Source: Phycisphaerae bacterium (GTDB lineage: Bacteria; Planctomycetota; Phycisphaerae; UBA1845). From it: a stretch of 64,000 nt of DNA. A program made the translations under genes and the position numbers. The notes under the pieces were generated by a model. The model had not been told where the DNA came from. It saw nothing but the letters and a program-made list of their open reading frames with translations, and made no database searches. Of this stretch, positions 9,520 to 19,721 are shown piece by piece. The stretch covers positions 288,001 through 352,000 of the forward strand of contig CAXXGO010000003.1 in NCBI GenBank assembly GCA_963666835.2. Reading direction: 5' to 3'. Position 1 is the stretch's first letter, and each line of letters opens with the position of its first letter.

Positions 9520-11199
9520 ATGTGGCGCAAGGCAAAACGGCCCGGATTTGCGATCAGCTTGATGTGCGGGGTTGCTTTGACACCCGGCGCGTGGCCTGCT
9601 TGCTCAGTCGAGGGGGCCGACCCGACTTTTACGATCGGCGGGGCGGTCTATACGGACTTGGCGAATCCAATCAATAGCGGGCTGCCTGGCGTAACGGTAA
9701 AAGTCGAATGTGATGGCGGTTTCGTTGGGCAAGCTCTGACCGGGGACCCGCTCGGTATATGGCAGTTGGGCAGTGTGCCGCAAACTACCTGTACCATTAT
9801 TCCCGAGATGGGCTGCTCGGCCTTTGAGCATGTTTCGGACGGAGTTGGGGACGGACGCGATCAGACGACAATTGTTGTCAACCAGGCGCGCCTCGCGCAG
9901 AATCAGAGCGTTCAGTTTCTTGCTGGTGATGAGTCTGACGCCTGTGATGACAATGACGAATGCACGGATGACTCGTGCGTATCCGGAGTATGTGTTTACG
10001 TCAACAACACCGCTGCGTGCGATGACGAAGATCCGTGTACCGAGGACGACACGTGCTTGCTGGGGGTTTGCGAGGGTACGGCGATCGTTTGCCCGGACGG
10101 CCAGCGATGCGATCCGGCCGACGGAGTATGCCGGGCGTGCCTGATCGATGCTGACTGTGATGATGGCAATCCGTGTACCGATGATTCCTGTCACGAAGGT
10201 AACTGTAAACACGTTGATAACACCGAGCCATGTGACGATGGGGATTCTTGCACGAATAATGATCAATGCGCCGCGGGGGATTGCGGGGGATCGGCGGTCG
10301 ATTGTTCGTTTTTAGATGGCGTTTGCGTGTTCGGGGCGTGCAATCCGGCAACCGGAGCCTGCGAAACTCATTATGTCGCCGACGCTACCCCTTGCGATGA
10401 CGGCAACAACTGCACGGTGAACGATGTGTGTTTGCAAGGGCGGTGCGCGGGAACGGCGGACCCGAGTTGCATCGCCGTGACGCCTGCCGCAGGGGCGGAC
10501 TCCGATTCCGATGGCGTACTTGACAGTCTTGACGAATGCCCGGGTACCGCGCTGGGGCTATCGGTTGACGATAGAGGGTGCGCGTGTAGTCAACTGGATG
10601 ACGACAACGACGGAGTGGATAACTGCGACGACGAATGCCCACTCGACCCAATGAAATCCGCGCCGGGGCAGTGCGGCTGTGGAGAGGAGGACGCGGACGC
10701 CGACGCCGACGGTTTTGCGGATTGCGTGGACGATTGTCCGGCAAACCCGGACAAGATCGAACCGGGAGTCTGCGGTTGTTCCAGAAGCGACGAGGACTCC
10801 GACGGCGATGGTGTCTTGGACTGTGAAGATGGTTGCCCGGCGGATGAAACAAAGACCGCTCCGGGGGTCTGTGGCTGCGGCACGGCCGATGATGACCAAG
10901 ACTCCGATGGCGTACTTGATTGTCTTGACGAGTGCCTGAACACGAAACCGGGAGTGGCGGTTACAGAGAATGGGTGTCTTGATGAACTGCTGAGTCCGGC
11001 CGAGGTGCGGGAGGACGATGCACCGGTCCGTGACGTTTCGCGTACGGATAAGCCGCCCGAACAGTTGGAACAGAGCGAGGAGCCGGTTGCGGCCCAGAGA
11101 CTTCCCTCCCCATGCGGGGCGTGCGGATCGGTTGGAATGGTTTGTTGGTCGGCCATGTTGCTGGGGCTGATCGGGCTCAGAATCCGATCCCGCCGTTGA
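9520..11199 (+). CDS. Secreted Cys-rich protein with CDDGNPCT repeats, thrombospondin type 3-like repeats and a C-terminal membrane anchor
   Basis: Signal peptide; CDDGNPCTDDSC units; DSDGVLD..DECP / K..PGVCGC units; ends PCGACG + hydrophobic helix + RIRSRR. Confidence 0.75.
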   Translation: MWRKAKRPGFAISLMCGVALTPGAWPACSVEGADPTFTIGGAVYTDLANPINSGLPGVTVKVECDGGFVGQALTGDPLGIWQLGSVPQTTCTIIPEMGCSAFEHVSDGVGDGRDQTTIVVNQARLAQNQSVQFLAGDESDACDDNDECTDDSCVSGVCVYVNNTAACDDEDPCTEDDTCLLGVCEGTAIVCPDGQRCDPADGVCRACLIDADCDDGNPCTDDSCHEGNCKHVDNTEPCDDGDSCTNNDQCAAGDCGGSAVDCSFLDGVCVFGACNPATGACETHYVADATPCDDGNNCTVNDVCLQGRCAGTADPSCIAVTPAAGADSDSDGVLDSLDECPGTALGLSVDDRGCACSQLDDDNDGVDNCDDECPLDPMKSAPGQCGCGEEDADADADGFADCVDDCPANPDKIEPGVCGCSRSDEDSDGDGVLDCEDGCPADETKTAPGVCGCGTADDDQDSDGVLDCLDECLNTKPGVAVTENGCLDELLSPAEVREDDAPVRDVSRTDKPPEQLEQSEEPVAAQRLPSPCGACGSVGMVCWSAMLLGLIGLRIRSRR

Positions 11200-11431
11200 A
11201 GCCGGATCCGAACCGACCTCCGCTTGCCGCAGCACGGGGCACCTTTAGTGAACGGTCACAAGGCGTCTTAGTCTCGTTGTGTCGCCCTTCGGCGGTAGGT
11301 TCCGGCGCGTACGGAGGCAATGCTGTTCTCGTCAGAGATATCTGTTAGCTGCCCGACACCCGCGGATGCAAAGGGAGTGGTCCTTGTATCGAAGATCGCT
11401 AAGGCTGTAGGTTCGAGCGCGTGCGGAGGTC

Positions 11432-11764
11432 AGCCCGAAGGGCTGGAATACAGTAGCCGTGGGCAAGCGTAGCGTCGCCCACGGTTCTGGGTCTTATTGG
11501 CTGATTGACCCTGAAAGGGTCAAATGGGCGCCTGCTTGTTGGATTGCCTATAGGCTTCATCCATGGCGCAGACTTTGACGCGGCTGTTGCTGCACGTTGT
11601 GTTCTCGACGAACTACCAACCACAGCCTGAACGGGGAGTCTGCGTGTCCCATGCCATGCCGCAGTCGATGCGACACCTTTCAGGGTCGAATGGAATGTGT
11701 GGAGCCTCGGTCCGTGGGCGGCGCTACGCTTGCCCACGGCTACTTTCTTTCAGCCTTTCAGGCT
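11432..11764. mobile_element. Internally deleted IS200/IS605- or RAYT-like (Y1 transposase) element with REP-like inverted ends
   Basis: Imperfect ~90-bp inverted repeats 11432-11521 and 11672-11764, each with internal hairpins, enclosing a TnpA-like N-terminal stub. Confidence 0.7.
11563..11625 (+). pseudogene. N-terminal remnant of an IS200-family Y1 transposase
   Basis: MAQTLTRLLLHVVFST resembles the HxVFSTK start of IS200 TnpA; no HUH motif or catalytic Tyr follows. Confidence 0.6.
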
Positions 11765-11971
11765 AGGCAAGCGTTGACGGGATGGAGTCAGCCCTGACGC
11801 TCGAAGAGCAACTTCGGGGGTGGTCCGTGCCCGTTTCGCCCGTCTCTTCGCGCCGTCCGAGAACGGACCCCCTCTTCATCCGGGTTCTTACCCCATGAAC
11901 GTCTATCCTCTTGAATGGTTATCCGCCTCCAATATCAAAGCGGAGTGCCGGCGGCGGTAACCATCCGGGTC

Positions 11972-12712
11972 TTAGGAAGCACGACCGGTCCCCAGCCACG
12001 CTGCCCAATCCGGGCGGCCGTGGCGCTCGGCGGCAGCAGCGGCCGCGTGCCAATCGTAGGGGACCGCAACGTTCTCAACTAGCCACCCGGACTCTGTCTC
12101 GGAAAGAAGACTGTACCGAGCATGCGGGCTGCCGCCCTCGATGACATGGACGAAGGGCGCGTCGTCCGTATACGCCGGGCATCCGACGCTGCCCGGGTTT
12201 ACGATGATCCGCCCATCGGGCAGATTCACTACGGCCGGCGTGTGATCGTGACCGCACAACAACACCGGCTCCGACAAGTCTCGCAACCCCTCCGCCAATT
12301 GATCGGCCCCGCGGAGGAACACTCCGTCTTCGCGCACCTCTCGGAGCAGATACTCGTCATCCCGCTGGGGCGTGCCGTGAAACAAACGGAATCTGTCGAA
12401 GGCGACAAACGTCAAGGGAAGATGCTCCAACCACTGAAGGTGCCCCGGCTCGAGATTGTCTCTCGCAAACCGTACGGGCGGGGAGTCCGAATGCACCCCT
12501 GACGGATCCGTGATTGCCCGGTCTTCATTCCCGCAAACAGAGGGCAAGGCCATCGGAATAAGGACTTGCGCCGTTCCCGCCGGATCGAGCGGGCCGTACA
12601 GACTGTCTCCGAGGTTGACGAGGCGCCTGACCCCTCTCCGCGCGACATCGTCGAGAACCGCCTCCAGAGCCCAGCGGTTTCCGTGAATGTCGGAAAGAAT
12701 TGCCAGACGCAT
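11972..12712 (-). CDS. Calcineurin-like metallophosphoesterase
   Basis: SDIHGN, LGDSLYGP, GNED, FHGTP, GHDH, NPGSVG. Confidence 0.9.
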   Translation of the reverse strand: MRLAILSDIHGNRWALEAVLDDVARRGVRRLVNLGDSLYGPLDPAGTAQVLIPMALPSVCGNEDRAITDPSGVHSDSPPVRFARDNLEPGHLQWLEHLPLTFVAFDRFRLFHGTPQRDDEYLLREVREDGVFLRGADQLAEGLRDLSEPVLLCGHDHTPAVVNLPDGRIIVNPGSVGCPAYTDDAPFVHVIEGGSPHARYSLLSETESGWLVENVAVPYDWHAAAAAAERHGRPDWAAWLGTGRAS

Positions 12713-12912
12713 GGCATACTCCCATAAACGTGAATCTCCATCAGTTCACCTACCTTAAGCACGATTCTCCCGCGACTTCGATGTCGCGTCAATATACTCG
12801 GAAGCGAGTCCGGTTACAGCGGGCTATTGAGCCGGACAGACGGAGGGAACGCGTTCTCGGCACTGGTTCGCCGCAAGGCGATCGTGTGACCGGCGGGCAT
12901 GAGCAAAACGAA

Positions 12913-12948
12913 CGATACCCCATCCCGGCGTGCCGGAGTGGGGTATCG
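12913..12948 (-). terminator. Putative intrinsic terminator of the flp gene
   Basis: Long stem CGATACCCCA..CCGGC / GCCGG..TGGGGTATCG followed on the minus strand by TTCGTTTTG. Confidence 0.65.
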
Positions 12949-13000
12949 AGGTTTGGTGTATTCGGGCTAGTTCCTGTCGGGCAATCCCCGACTCGGCATA

Positions 13001-13180
13001 CTACGCCTCATCGAGCGCCTCGGCGGTCGCGGCGAAACTGTCGTCGACCGCGGAGCCGATCATCTGGACGGCAGCCAGGCAGGCCACAACAATCAGGGCG
13101 AGCATAACGGCGTATTCGGTCGCGGTAGGGCCATCTTCGGATTTAATGAAATGCGCGGCGGTCTTGATCAGGCTGCTCAT
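13001..13180 (-). CDS. flp: Flp family type IVb pilin (59 aa)
   Basis: Not in ORF track: MSSLIKTAAHFIKSEDGPTATEYAVMLALIVVACLAAVQMIG...; G-x4-EY prepilin motif; strong RBS GAGGAG. Confidence 0.92.
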   Translation of the reverse strand: MSSLIKTAAHFIKSEDGPTATEYAVMLALIVVACLAAVQMIGSAVDDSFAATAEALDEA

Positions 13181-13503
13181 AGTTGCTCCTCTTCCTCTCT
13201 TCTGTGACTGTCAGGTGGTAACGATTCAGAATTCGCCTCGCAGTGGCGTGTTCGACTCGTTCGCGGCTGACTCACCGATTGTGTTGCGGGTGGGCTGCGA
13301 TGCGTGCCTCGCGCCAGCAGGCTCTTGAGATTAGGCGGGTGAATCCCCGCAAGGCAAATGTGAATCCGAGATTCTGATCTCAAGTGAGCGGGAGGGCCAT
13401 CCGCGCGGACGATTATCGGGCAGGGTGATCGATATTCCCTCGAGCGGGCTTCCGCAAGAGAAGTAACTCAGGTGAACCGCCCGTCCCTGCCGTATTCCGT
13501 ACG

Positions 13504-15864
13504 TCACCGAACGAGCCCGCTCGTTGGAAGGACCGCTTCACGGTCAGGATCTGATAAGACCCTCTCGGAAAGACGGCTGCACGCATCTCCTCCGGTTTCC
13601 GCAAAAGAGGTCGGAACGGGTTCGGTCGGGCGCCAACGTCCGACGATACGCAGAAGAAGATACGCCACAAGATACGCTCCGGCCCCCAAAGCCAGCGCCA
13701 TCTGGAAGCCGTACTCCATTGCGAGCAGGACGACGCCCGTACCGCCCAGGACCGATGCCGCACCGTTCACCGCGAACCCCCAATCTATAAGATCGCCCAC
13801 ATAACAAGCCCCCTTGGGGAAGGGCATACCCATGAAGAAGCCCAGCGGCGCGACCAGCGCCGCGGCCGCCGCGATCCGAGGAAGCATGGTCAGGCTTGCG
13901 AGTGCCTCCGTAACGTGCGAAAGAGCGAAGGCTTCCAGCAACAGCCAGGCGATGATCCCGATGAAGGCCGCCCCGTCACTTACGACACGGGAGAATCGGC
14001 TCCCCGCCGCGCAACTGATCAGAAGGGCCAGCAGGATAGCGGCAATACTGTACGCGGACGGTCCGACCAGAAGCGTATATTTCTGGATCAGAACGACCTC
14101 GACGGCCATGAACGCGGCGCCGATTGTGAAGAAATAACCCCACGCAGTTGCGGGCAGGCGCGGACCGTGCGTTAGGCACGGAAGCAAGGTGAGCGGCAGA
14201 ACGAGCACCACGACCACGCCCAGGATTATCACGACGATTACCTTCGACAGGGGGAACCCGAAGACCTCGAGCCCGAGCAGCATGCGCGGTTTTTCCCATT
14301 TGAAGTTCCGCCAGAGACCCATTTGCCCGACGAAGGGTCGATCATCCGTGGCCGGGGAGATGTTCACCGGTACGGAATCGGCGACTTCCTCCCAGCCTTT
14401 TGCGACTATCTGTTTGAATACATTGTCCCTCGGGTTCTTCGGCGTGGGGTACTCTAGATGGATCTTGTCGGAGTTGTACGGTGTTAGCTTGCCGTAGGCG
14501 TTGTTGCGAATCTCGTCCGTCAGCGGTCGTTTGGAGAGCAACAGGAGCTTCCGCCGTAGCATCGGGAGGTCGTAAACGGCGAAGTGCGTTTGTGGATCCG
14601 GTACACCCAACTCCTCCAGGGCGTCAATCAGAGCACCAACCAACCGCGGCATGTAGAATTGATGCTCCATGCTGAGAAAGCCGTCGTCGGTCAGAGCCTC
14701 CCAGTAATCGATGAACGCCTCGGTAGTGAAGAGGTAGTTTTCGGCGAGCGCGAACGAACCGGAAGCCAGCGCCGCCCACGAGTTCGAGCTGAGCGAATAG
14801 ATGACGTCGAACTGGTTCTTGTGCCGTCGAACATAGGCTCTGGCGTCTTCGGTAACCACCCGCACGCGGTCATCCAGGTAGATTCGCCCGGTGAAGTCCG
14901 CCAACGCTCCCGTGGTCATCAGCTCGTTCACATAAGGAACGACCTCCACGGCGTGAATCTCCGAGGCCCCCGCCTGCAGGGCCTGGAAGACGTCGCTGCC
15001 GCCGCCGGCACCAAGAGACAGGAACCGGCACGATTCAAAACGGTCGATCAGGTAGCTCACGTCGATGTCGAACGGGACTTCCTCTCGGTCGGGACGGTCC
15101 CAGTCGCCGTCAAAGCCGAGAACGGGAGAGTTCGCCGCATTGTCGATTTCAAGTCCGCGGTAGTATTCAGTGAAGCCGAAGATCTTCACCTTGGCCATTG
15201 CGTCCCAGTGCGTGTCGATGACCTTTGCCCGTTCCTTTCGTTCCGCCTTGAGGAGCTCTCCGGCGTCACCGAACAGAACCAGAGCCGCGATGAGCAGCGG
15301 GAGCGGAACCAGCTTGCCCCAGCCTCGTGCAGCCAGAATGGCCGCGACCAGGATCGGCAGGGCTACCAGAAACGCAGCACCCGGCGTGCCGAGCCGGTTC
15401 ATCATCACGATTGCCAACAGGACGCCGATACCGGCACCCAGCAGGTCGGCCATGTACAGTTTGGGCATGTCTCTGTGGTTGTTCCTGAAGAGCCCGGCGA
15501 AGGCTACTCCGCCGAAGAAATACGCTGAGCTAAGGAGGATGACTGCCAGCACCAGCCTTGCGATCATGCTCCAACTGTCCAGGAGCTTGGCGAAATCCAG
15601 GCCTATCGAGAACACCAGGGGTGGACCGGCGAGAGTAGCTCCGGCGGTCAGCGAGAGCATCAGCCCCAGATGGCATGGTCGTCCCAGCGAAGGGAAGAGC
15701 CGCACGGACAACGCCCCGAGCCCGAGCCCCATCATGGCAAGCGACAGGACGAGGAACGCGTAAGTGTAGAAGAACTCCGCGGAGAAGATACGGGTCCAGA
15801 TCAGCTCTTGAGCCAGAAGAGCCAGGGACAGCAGGGCGATAATGACAAACCTCGGTTGTTTCAT
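13504..15864 (-). CDS. Multi-pass membrane protein with a central spermidine-synthase-like SAM-dependent domain
   Basis: N-terminal TM bundle (ELIWTRIFS, LYMADLLGAG), LGAGGGSD, EDARAYV, ENYLFTTEAF, PATDDRPF, C-terminal TMs (GFFMGMPFP, AVNGAASVLG). Confidence 0.75.
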   Translation of the reverse strand: MKQPRFVIIALLSLALLAQELIWTRIFSAEFFYTYAFLVLSLAMMGLGLGALSVRLFPSLGRPCHLGLMLSLTAGATLAGPPLVFSIGLDFAKLLDSWSMIARLVLAVILLSSAYFFGGVAFAGLFRNNHRDMPKLYMADLLGAGIGVLLAIVMMNRLGTPGAAFLVALPILVAAILAARGWGKLVPLPLLIAALVLFGDAGELLKAERKERAKVIDTHWDAMAKVKIFGFTEYYRGLEIDNAANSPVLGFDGDWDRPDREEVPFDIDVSYLIDRFESCRFLSLGAGGGSDVFQALQAGASEIHAVEVVPYVNELMTTGALADFTGRIYLDDRVRVVTEDARAYVRRHKNQFDVIYSLSSNSWAALASGSFALAENYLFTTEAFIDYWEALTDDGFLSMEHQFYMPRLVGALIDALEELGVPDPQTHFAVYDLPMLRRKLLLLSKRPLTDEIRNNAYGKLTPYNSDKIHLEYPTPKNPRDNVFKQIVAKGWEEVADSVPVNISPATDDRPFVGQMGLWRNFKWEKPRMLLGLEVFGFPLSKVIVVIILGVVVVLVLPLTLLPCLTHGPRLPATAWGYFFTIGAAFMAVEVVLIQKYTLLVGPSAYSIAAILLALLISCAAGSRFSRVVSDGAAFIGIIAWLLLEAFALSHVTEALASLTMLPRIAAAAALVAPLGFFMGMPFPKGACYVGDLIDWGFAVNGAASVLGGTGVVLLAMEYGFQMALALGAGAYLVAYLLLRIVGRWRPTEPVPTSFAETGGDACSRLSERVLSDPDREAVLPTSGLVR

Positions 15865-16251
15865 TTGGGGACTTTCTCTTGGTTTACCGACCGTCGCCAA
15901 CACGGCGAACTGCCGCCGATGGTAACTCCAGCGATGGCGGTCGGGGGCTGCTTACACAGGAATGGAATGATCCGGACAAGAACCGACAGGATCTGCCGAG
16001 GTAGCGTTCGGTGGATCGAGAACGACAGCTCGCTTGCCGAGATGAGCAACTCCGTTTCCGGACCACGCGTGCGTCACGGAGAGGCGCGGCCGCGTGCAGG
16101 TTTCGCTCAATCACCCATTTCGCCCAGACACACCCGCTAATCCGAAAAAGCCAATCCCAGGGCGGCGAGGTTGCTAAACGGATCATCTACGGGGATATTG
16201 TTCGCGCCGGGTGAGAGTCCAGGAGGGCTCGAACGGCAGAAGGAGCTGCTT

Positions 16252-16923
16252 ATGTCGATGATCAAGGATCTGTTCCGCGAGTCACCGTTCGAGCCGTTAC
16301 GCTATCACATGAAAGCTGTAATGGAGTGCGTAGGGTTCTTGCGGCCGATGTTCGAAGCGGTCCGCGACGCCCGGCACGACGACGTGCGGGGATTGGCCAA
16401 GGGCGTGTTCAAGGCCGAGCACGAGGCCGACATGATCAAGGATGACATCCGGCGGACCATCCCCAAGCGGTTCTTCCTGCCGGTATATCGCGGCGATCTC
16501 CTGGGGTACATCAAGCTGCAGGACGACATGGCGGACTCGGTGGAGGACGTGGCCGTTCTGCTGACGATCAAGGACTTGGTGCTTCCGCCCGCGCTGGTGG
16601 ATCTCACTTTCGAGTATGTGACGAAGGTGGAGGAAGTCTGCCAGGGCACCCGCGCGATTTCTGAGTACTTCCCGACCTTGGTGGAGGGCGACATGGTCGG
16701 GGCGGAGGCGGAGAAGGCGCTGGCGATGGTGGCCGGGATAGAAAGGTGCGAATGGGAGGCGGACCGGCTGCAGTATCAGCTTTCGCGAGATCTGTTCGCG
16801 CAGGAAGAGGTCATGAAGGCTACCGACATCTTCCTCTGGTTCAGGGTGTACGGTGAGCTGGGGCAGCTTGCCAACTTCGCTGAAAAGACCGGCGATCGCC
16901 TACGGCGCATGCTGTCGACGTGA
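16252..16923 (+). CDS. DUF47/TIGR00153 PhoU-like phosphate transport regulator
   Basis: SPF.PL..H, EHEAD.IK..IR, FFLPVYRGD, QD.MAD..ED, EWEAD; directly upstream of a PiT transporter. Confidence 0.85.
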   Translation: MSMIKDLFRESPFEPLRYHMKAVMECVGFLRPMFEAVRDARHDDVRGLAKGVFKAEHEADMIKDDIRRTIPKRFFLPVYRGDLLGYIKLQDDMADSVEDVAVLLTIKDLVLPPALVDLTFEYVTKVEEVCQGTRAISEYFPTLVEGDMVGAEAEKALAMVAGIERCEWEADRLQYQLSRDLFAQEEVMKATDIFLWFRVYGELGQLANFAEKTGDRLRRMLST

Positions 16924-16982
16924 TGATCAGGTTTCTCTCCCAAGCCGCTGGTTTCTCAAGAAGCGGTCATGGTTGATTTCAC

Positions 16983-18560
16983 ATGGCTATGATTGATCTG
17001 GCGGCTCTCGACGCCTTCCAACTAGCCTGTCTGGCATTGGCCGTCTCGATGCTCCTCTGGGACACGATCGAGGTCGGTCGCAACGATGCCGCCAACCTGG
17101 TGAATGCCGTGTTCGGTGCTCGGGTGATGCAGCGCCGCAACGCAATCTACCTGGCAGGTGTTGCGGTAATCTGCGGAGCGGTGTTGAGCTCCGCCGTTAT
17201 CGACACGGCTCGCAAGGGTATCTTCGACCCCACCGGCATGGGCACTTTGGAGGCCGCGGTAGGCCTGTACATCTCTGTTTACATCGTCGATACGGTGCTC
17301 CTCTACAGCTACTCAGCCTTCGGCATGCCGATCAGCACAACCGCGTGCCTCGTCTTTGAGCTGCTAGGAGGGGCGCTGGCGATAAATACCGCCGCCGTCA
17401 ACTGGGACAAGGCGGGAGTGGTGATGGCCGGCATCGTTTGCTCGATCATCCTGTCCGGCATGGCGGCATTCCTTATCCAACGTGCCGTTCGCGGGGCCAT
17501 CGGAGACCGCACTGCGCATTTGGCGACGCTGCTGTTGCACGGCGGGTGGATCGGAGGTGGCTTGGCGGCCGGCCTGTGCTACTTCCTCCTACTCAAGGGG
17601 ATGAAGCACGTACATTGGGTAAAGCAGGGGCAAGCGTGGATCGACCGTTTCAACGAGACCATCGAGGCAGACGTCGGATACGTAGCTCTCATCATGTTCC
17701 TCTGGGGCGGGTTTGCCATCGTTATCCATCTCCTGCTGGTTATGTATCGCAAGCGCGCCGCCAGGCTCCTGTTTCCCGTGCTCGCAGTTCTGGGAATGCT
17801 GGCCATGTCTTTTGCTTTTGGACAAAACGATTTGGCCAATTGCGCTTCTCCCGGGCTGGCTGCGTTCAGCCTGTTGCAGAAGCAGAGCCTCGAGATCGGC
17901 ACGAAGGTGGATATCGCCTGGTGGATGTTGTTGATTTCCGGCTTATTCCTCTTCTTGGGGATGTGCTCGCGGAATTCCGAGCGGGTGACGAAGACCGCCG
18001 TTGCTACCGGCAGTATGGGAGACCACGTTGCTCTGTGGGCGCCGAGATGGTGCGTGGTCCTCGCAACAAAGATCCTCGTTCTGCGGAGCAAGGCGCCGGC
18101 TCTTGCGCCGCGGGCCACACATACCAAGTCCGGCAAGACCATCCACTTTGACACGTTGCGTGCTTGCGTCATTATGTCGGTTTCGGCCAGTATTATTGCT
18201 ACGGCATCGAGCCTGGGACTGCCTGTCTCGACAACGTATGTCACTTTTGCGGCCGTGGTTGCCACCGGGATGGCCGACCGGATCTTTCAACGCGGAGATG
18301 CCGAGCTGAAGCTGGCCCGGGCGTTGTGGGTGGTCGCAAGCTGGTTCCTCTCCGCGATTATCGCGGCGGCGGCGTGCTTCTTGGTTACGACGGCCGTTAC
18401 CCGGTTGGAGGTGTTGGGCATCGTATTGTGCCTGGGCGTGAACCTCCTTGTGCGGCGGACTCTGAAACAGCGGGCGGATCGCCAGGCAAAGCGGGTCAAG
18501 GAGGAGGCGTACGAGCGCGCCCACCCGGAAGAATTCGCTCTCGAGCAAGAGGATGTCTAG
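16983..18560 (+). CDS. Inorganic phosphate transporter, PiT family
   Basis: Two signature halves, GRNDAAN...GMPISTT and GQNDLAN...GLPVSTT; many TMs. Confidence 0.85.
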   Translation: MAMIDLAALDAFQLACLALAVSMLLWDTIEVGRNDAANLVNAVFGARVMQRRNAIYLAGVAVICGAVLSSAVIDTARKGIFDPTGMGTLEAAVGLYISVYIVDTVLLYSYSAFGMPISTTACLVFELLGGALAINTAAVNWDKAGVVMAGIVCSIILSGMAAFLIQRAVRGAIGDRTAHLATLLLHGGWIGGGLAAGLCYFLLLKGMKHVHWVKQGQAWIDRFNETIEADVGYVALIMFLWGGFAIVIHLLLVMYRKRAARLLFPVLAVLGMLAMSFAFGQNDLANCASPGLAAFSLLQKQSLEIGTKVDIAWWMLLISGLFLFLGMCSRNSERVTKTAVATGSMGDHVALWAPRWCVVLATKILVLRSKAPALAPRATHTKSGKTIHFDTLRACVIMSVSASIIATASSLGLPVSTTYVTFAAVVATGMADRIFQRGDAELKLARALWVVASWFLSAIIAAAACFLVTTAVTRLEVLGIVLCLGVNLLVRRTLKQRADRQAKRVKEEAYERAHPEEFALEQEDV

Positions 18561-18608
18561 GCCTCATTGTAGATTTGAGTCGGCCGAACGGTAGATTGGA
18601 CGGAGGTC

Positions 18609-19676
18609 ATGTCGATGCGTAAGGAGTCGTACGAGTTTCTGGCCGCGCTGCAGAAAGCGCCTTCTCCATCAGGGTTTGAGCAACCGGTGCAGCGAATCGT
18701 GCGCGCGCGCATGAAGAAGTATGCCGATGATATCCGCACCGATGTTCACGGCAACGTGATGGTCAGCTTGAATTCCAAGGGAAGCTTGCGGGTTATGCTG
18801 GCCGGACATTGCGACCAGATTGGCATGATGGTTCGTTATATCGATGATAACGGTTTCATCTTCTTCAGGGAGATCGGCGGAATCGATCCGACCACACTCC
18901 CCGGAGCGAAGGTCATCGTCCACTCGAAGCACGGTCCGATCGACGGGGTCATCGGACGTCGACCGATTCACGTTCTCAAGCCGGAGGAACGTGGCGCGAA
19001 GATAGAGTTGCGGGAGTTGTGGGTCGACATCGGAGCACGGGGACGCAAGGAGACGGAAGAGGTCGTCGCGATCGGCAACCCTATCACGTTTCCCGCCCCG
19101 GTAACTCACTTGGCCGGTGATCTGGTGACCTCGCCGGCCTTCGACAACAAGTGTGGGGTCTTCGTAGTGATGGAAGCTCTGCGCTTGTGCTCGGTGAAGA
19201 AGATCAAATGTGCACTTTTCGCGGTGAGCACCGTCCAGGAGGAAATCGGCCTGCGCGGGGCTAGAACTTCGTGTTTCGAACTCGATCCTCAAGTCGGTAT
19301 CGCCGCAGACGTTACCCACGCGACCGACTATCCGGACATCGACAAGAGGGTAAACGGCGACATCAAGGTTGGGGCCGGGCCGACGATCTCAACCGGCGCG
19401 AATATCAATCCGAAGCTCGAGGAACTGCTCGTGAAGACTGCTACCCGCAAACGTATTCCCTTTCAAATGGAAGCGGCGCCGGGCCAAACCGGAACGGATG
19501 CAAGCGTGATTCAGATGAGCCGCTCGGGGGTGGCTACTGCCCTGATCGGGATTCCCAATCGTTACATGCATACGCCGGTGGAGGTCGTCAGCTTGGGAGA
19601 TCTGGAGGCGGCCGCCAAGCTGGTTGCCGAAACAGTTGCGACGATCAGTCACCGTACGGACTTCATTCCGAAATAA
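18609..19676 (+). CDS. M42 family metallopeptidase
   Basis: SPSGFE, GHCDQIG, FDNKCG, VQEEIGLRGA, GTDA, RYMHTPVE. Confidence 0.92.
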   Translation: MSMRKESYEFLAALQKAPSPSGFEQPVQRIVRARMKKYADDIRTDVHGNVMVSLNSKGSLRVMLAGHCDQIGMMVRYIDDNGFIFFREIGGIDPTTLPGAKVIVHSKHGPIDGVIGRRPIHVLKPEERGAKIELRELWVDIGARGRKETEEVVAIGNPITFPAPVTHLAGDLVTSPAFDNKCGVFVVMEALRLCSVKKIKCALFAVSTVQEEIGLRGARTSCFELDPQVGIAADVTHATDYPDIDKRVNGDIKVGAGPTISTGANINPKLEELLVKTATRKRIPFQMEAAPGQTGTDASVIQMSRSGVATALIGIPNRYMHTPVEVVSLGDLEAAAKLVAETVATISHRTDFIPK

Positions 19677-19721
19677 GGTGTGATGTTTTACGGAAGGCGC
19701 TTCGGCACGTGCTTCACCAAG

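Noticed and set aside
8600..10950. Periodic DNA repeats as a possible CRISPR array
   Set aside because: Degenerate, in-frame and protein-coding; no identical repeats with unique spacers and no cas genes
15870..16250. Riboswitch or ncRNA in long intergenic gaps (also 50670-51110, 54930-55400, 56600-56990)
   Set aside because: No recognisable conserved RNA motif by eye; an Infernal/Rfam scan would be needed
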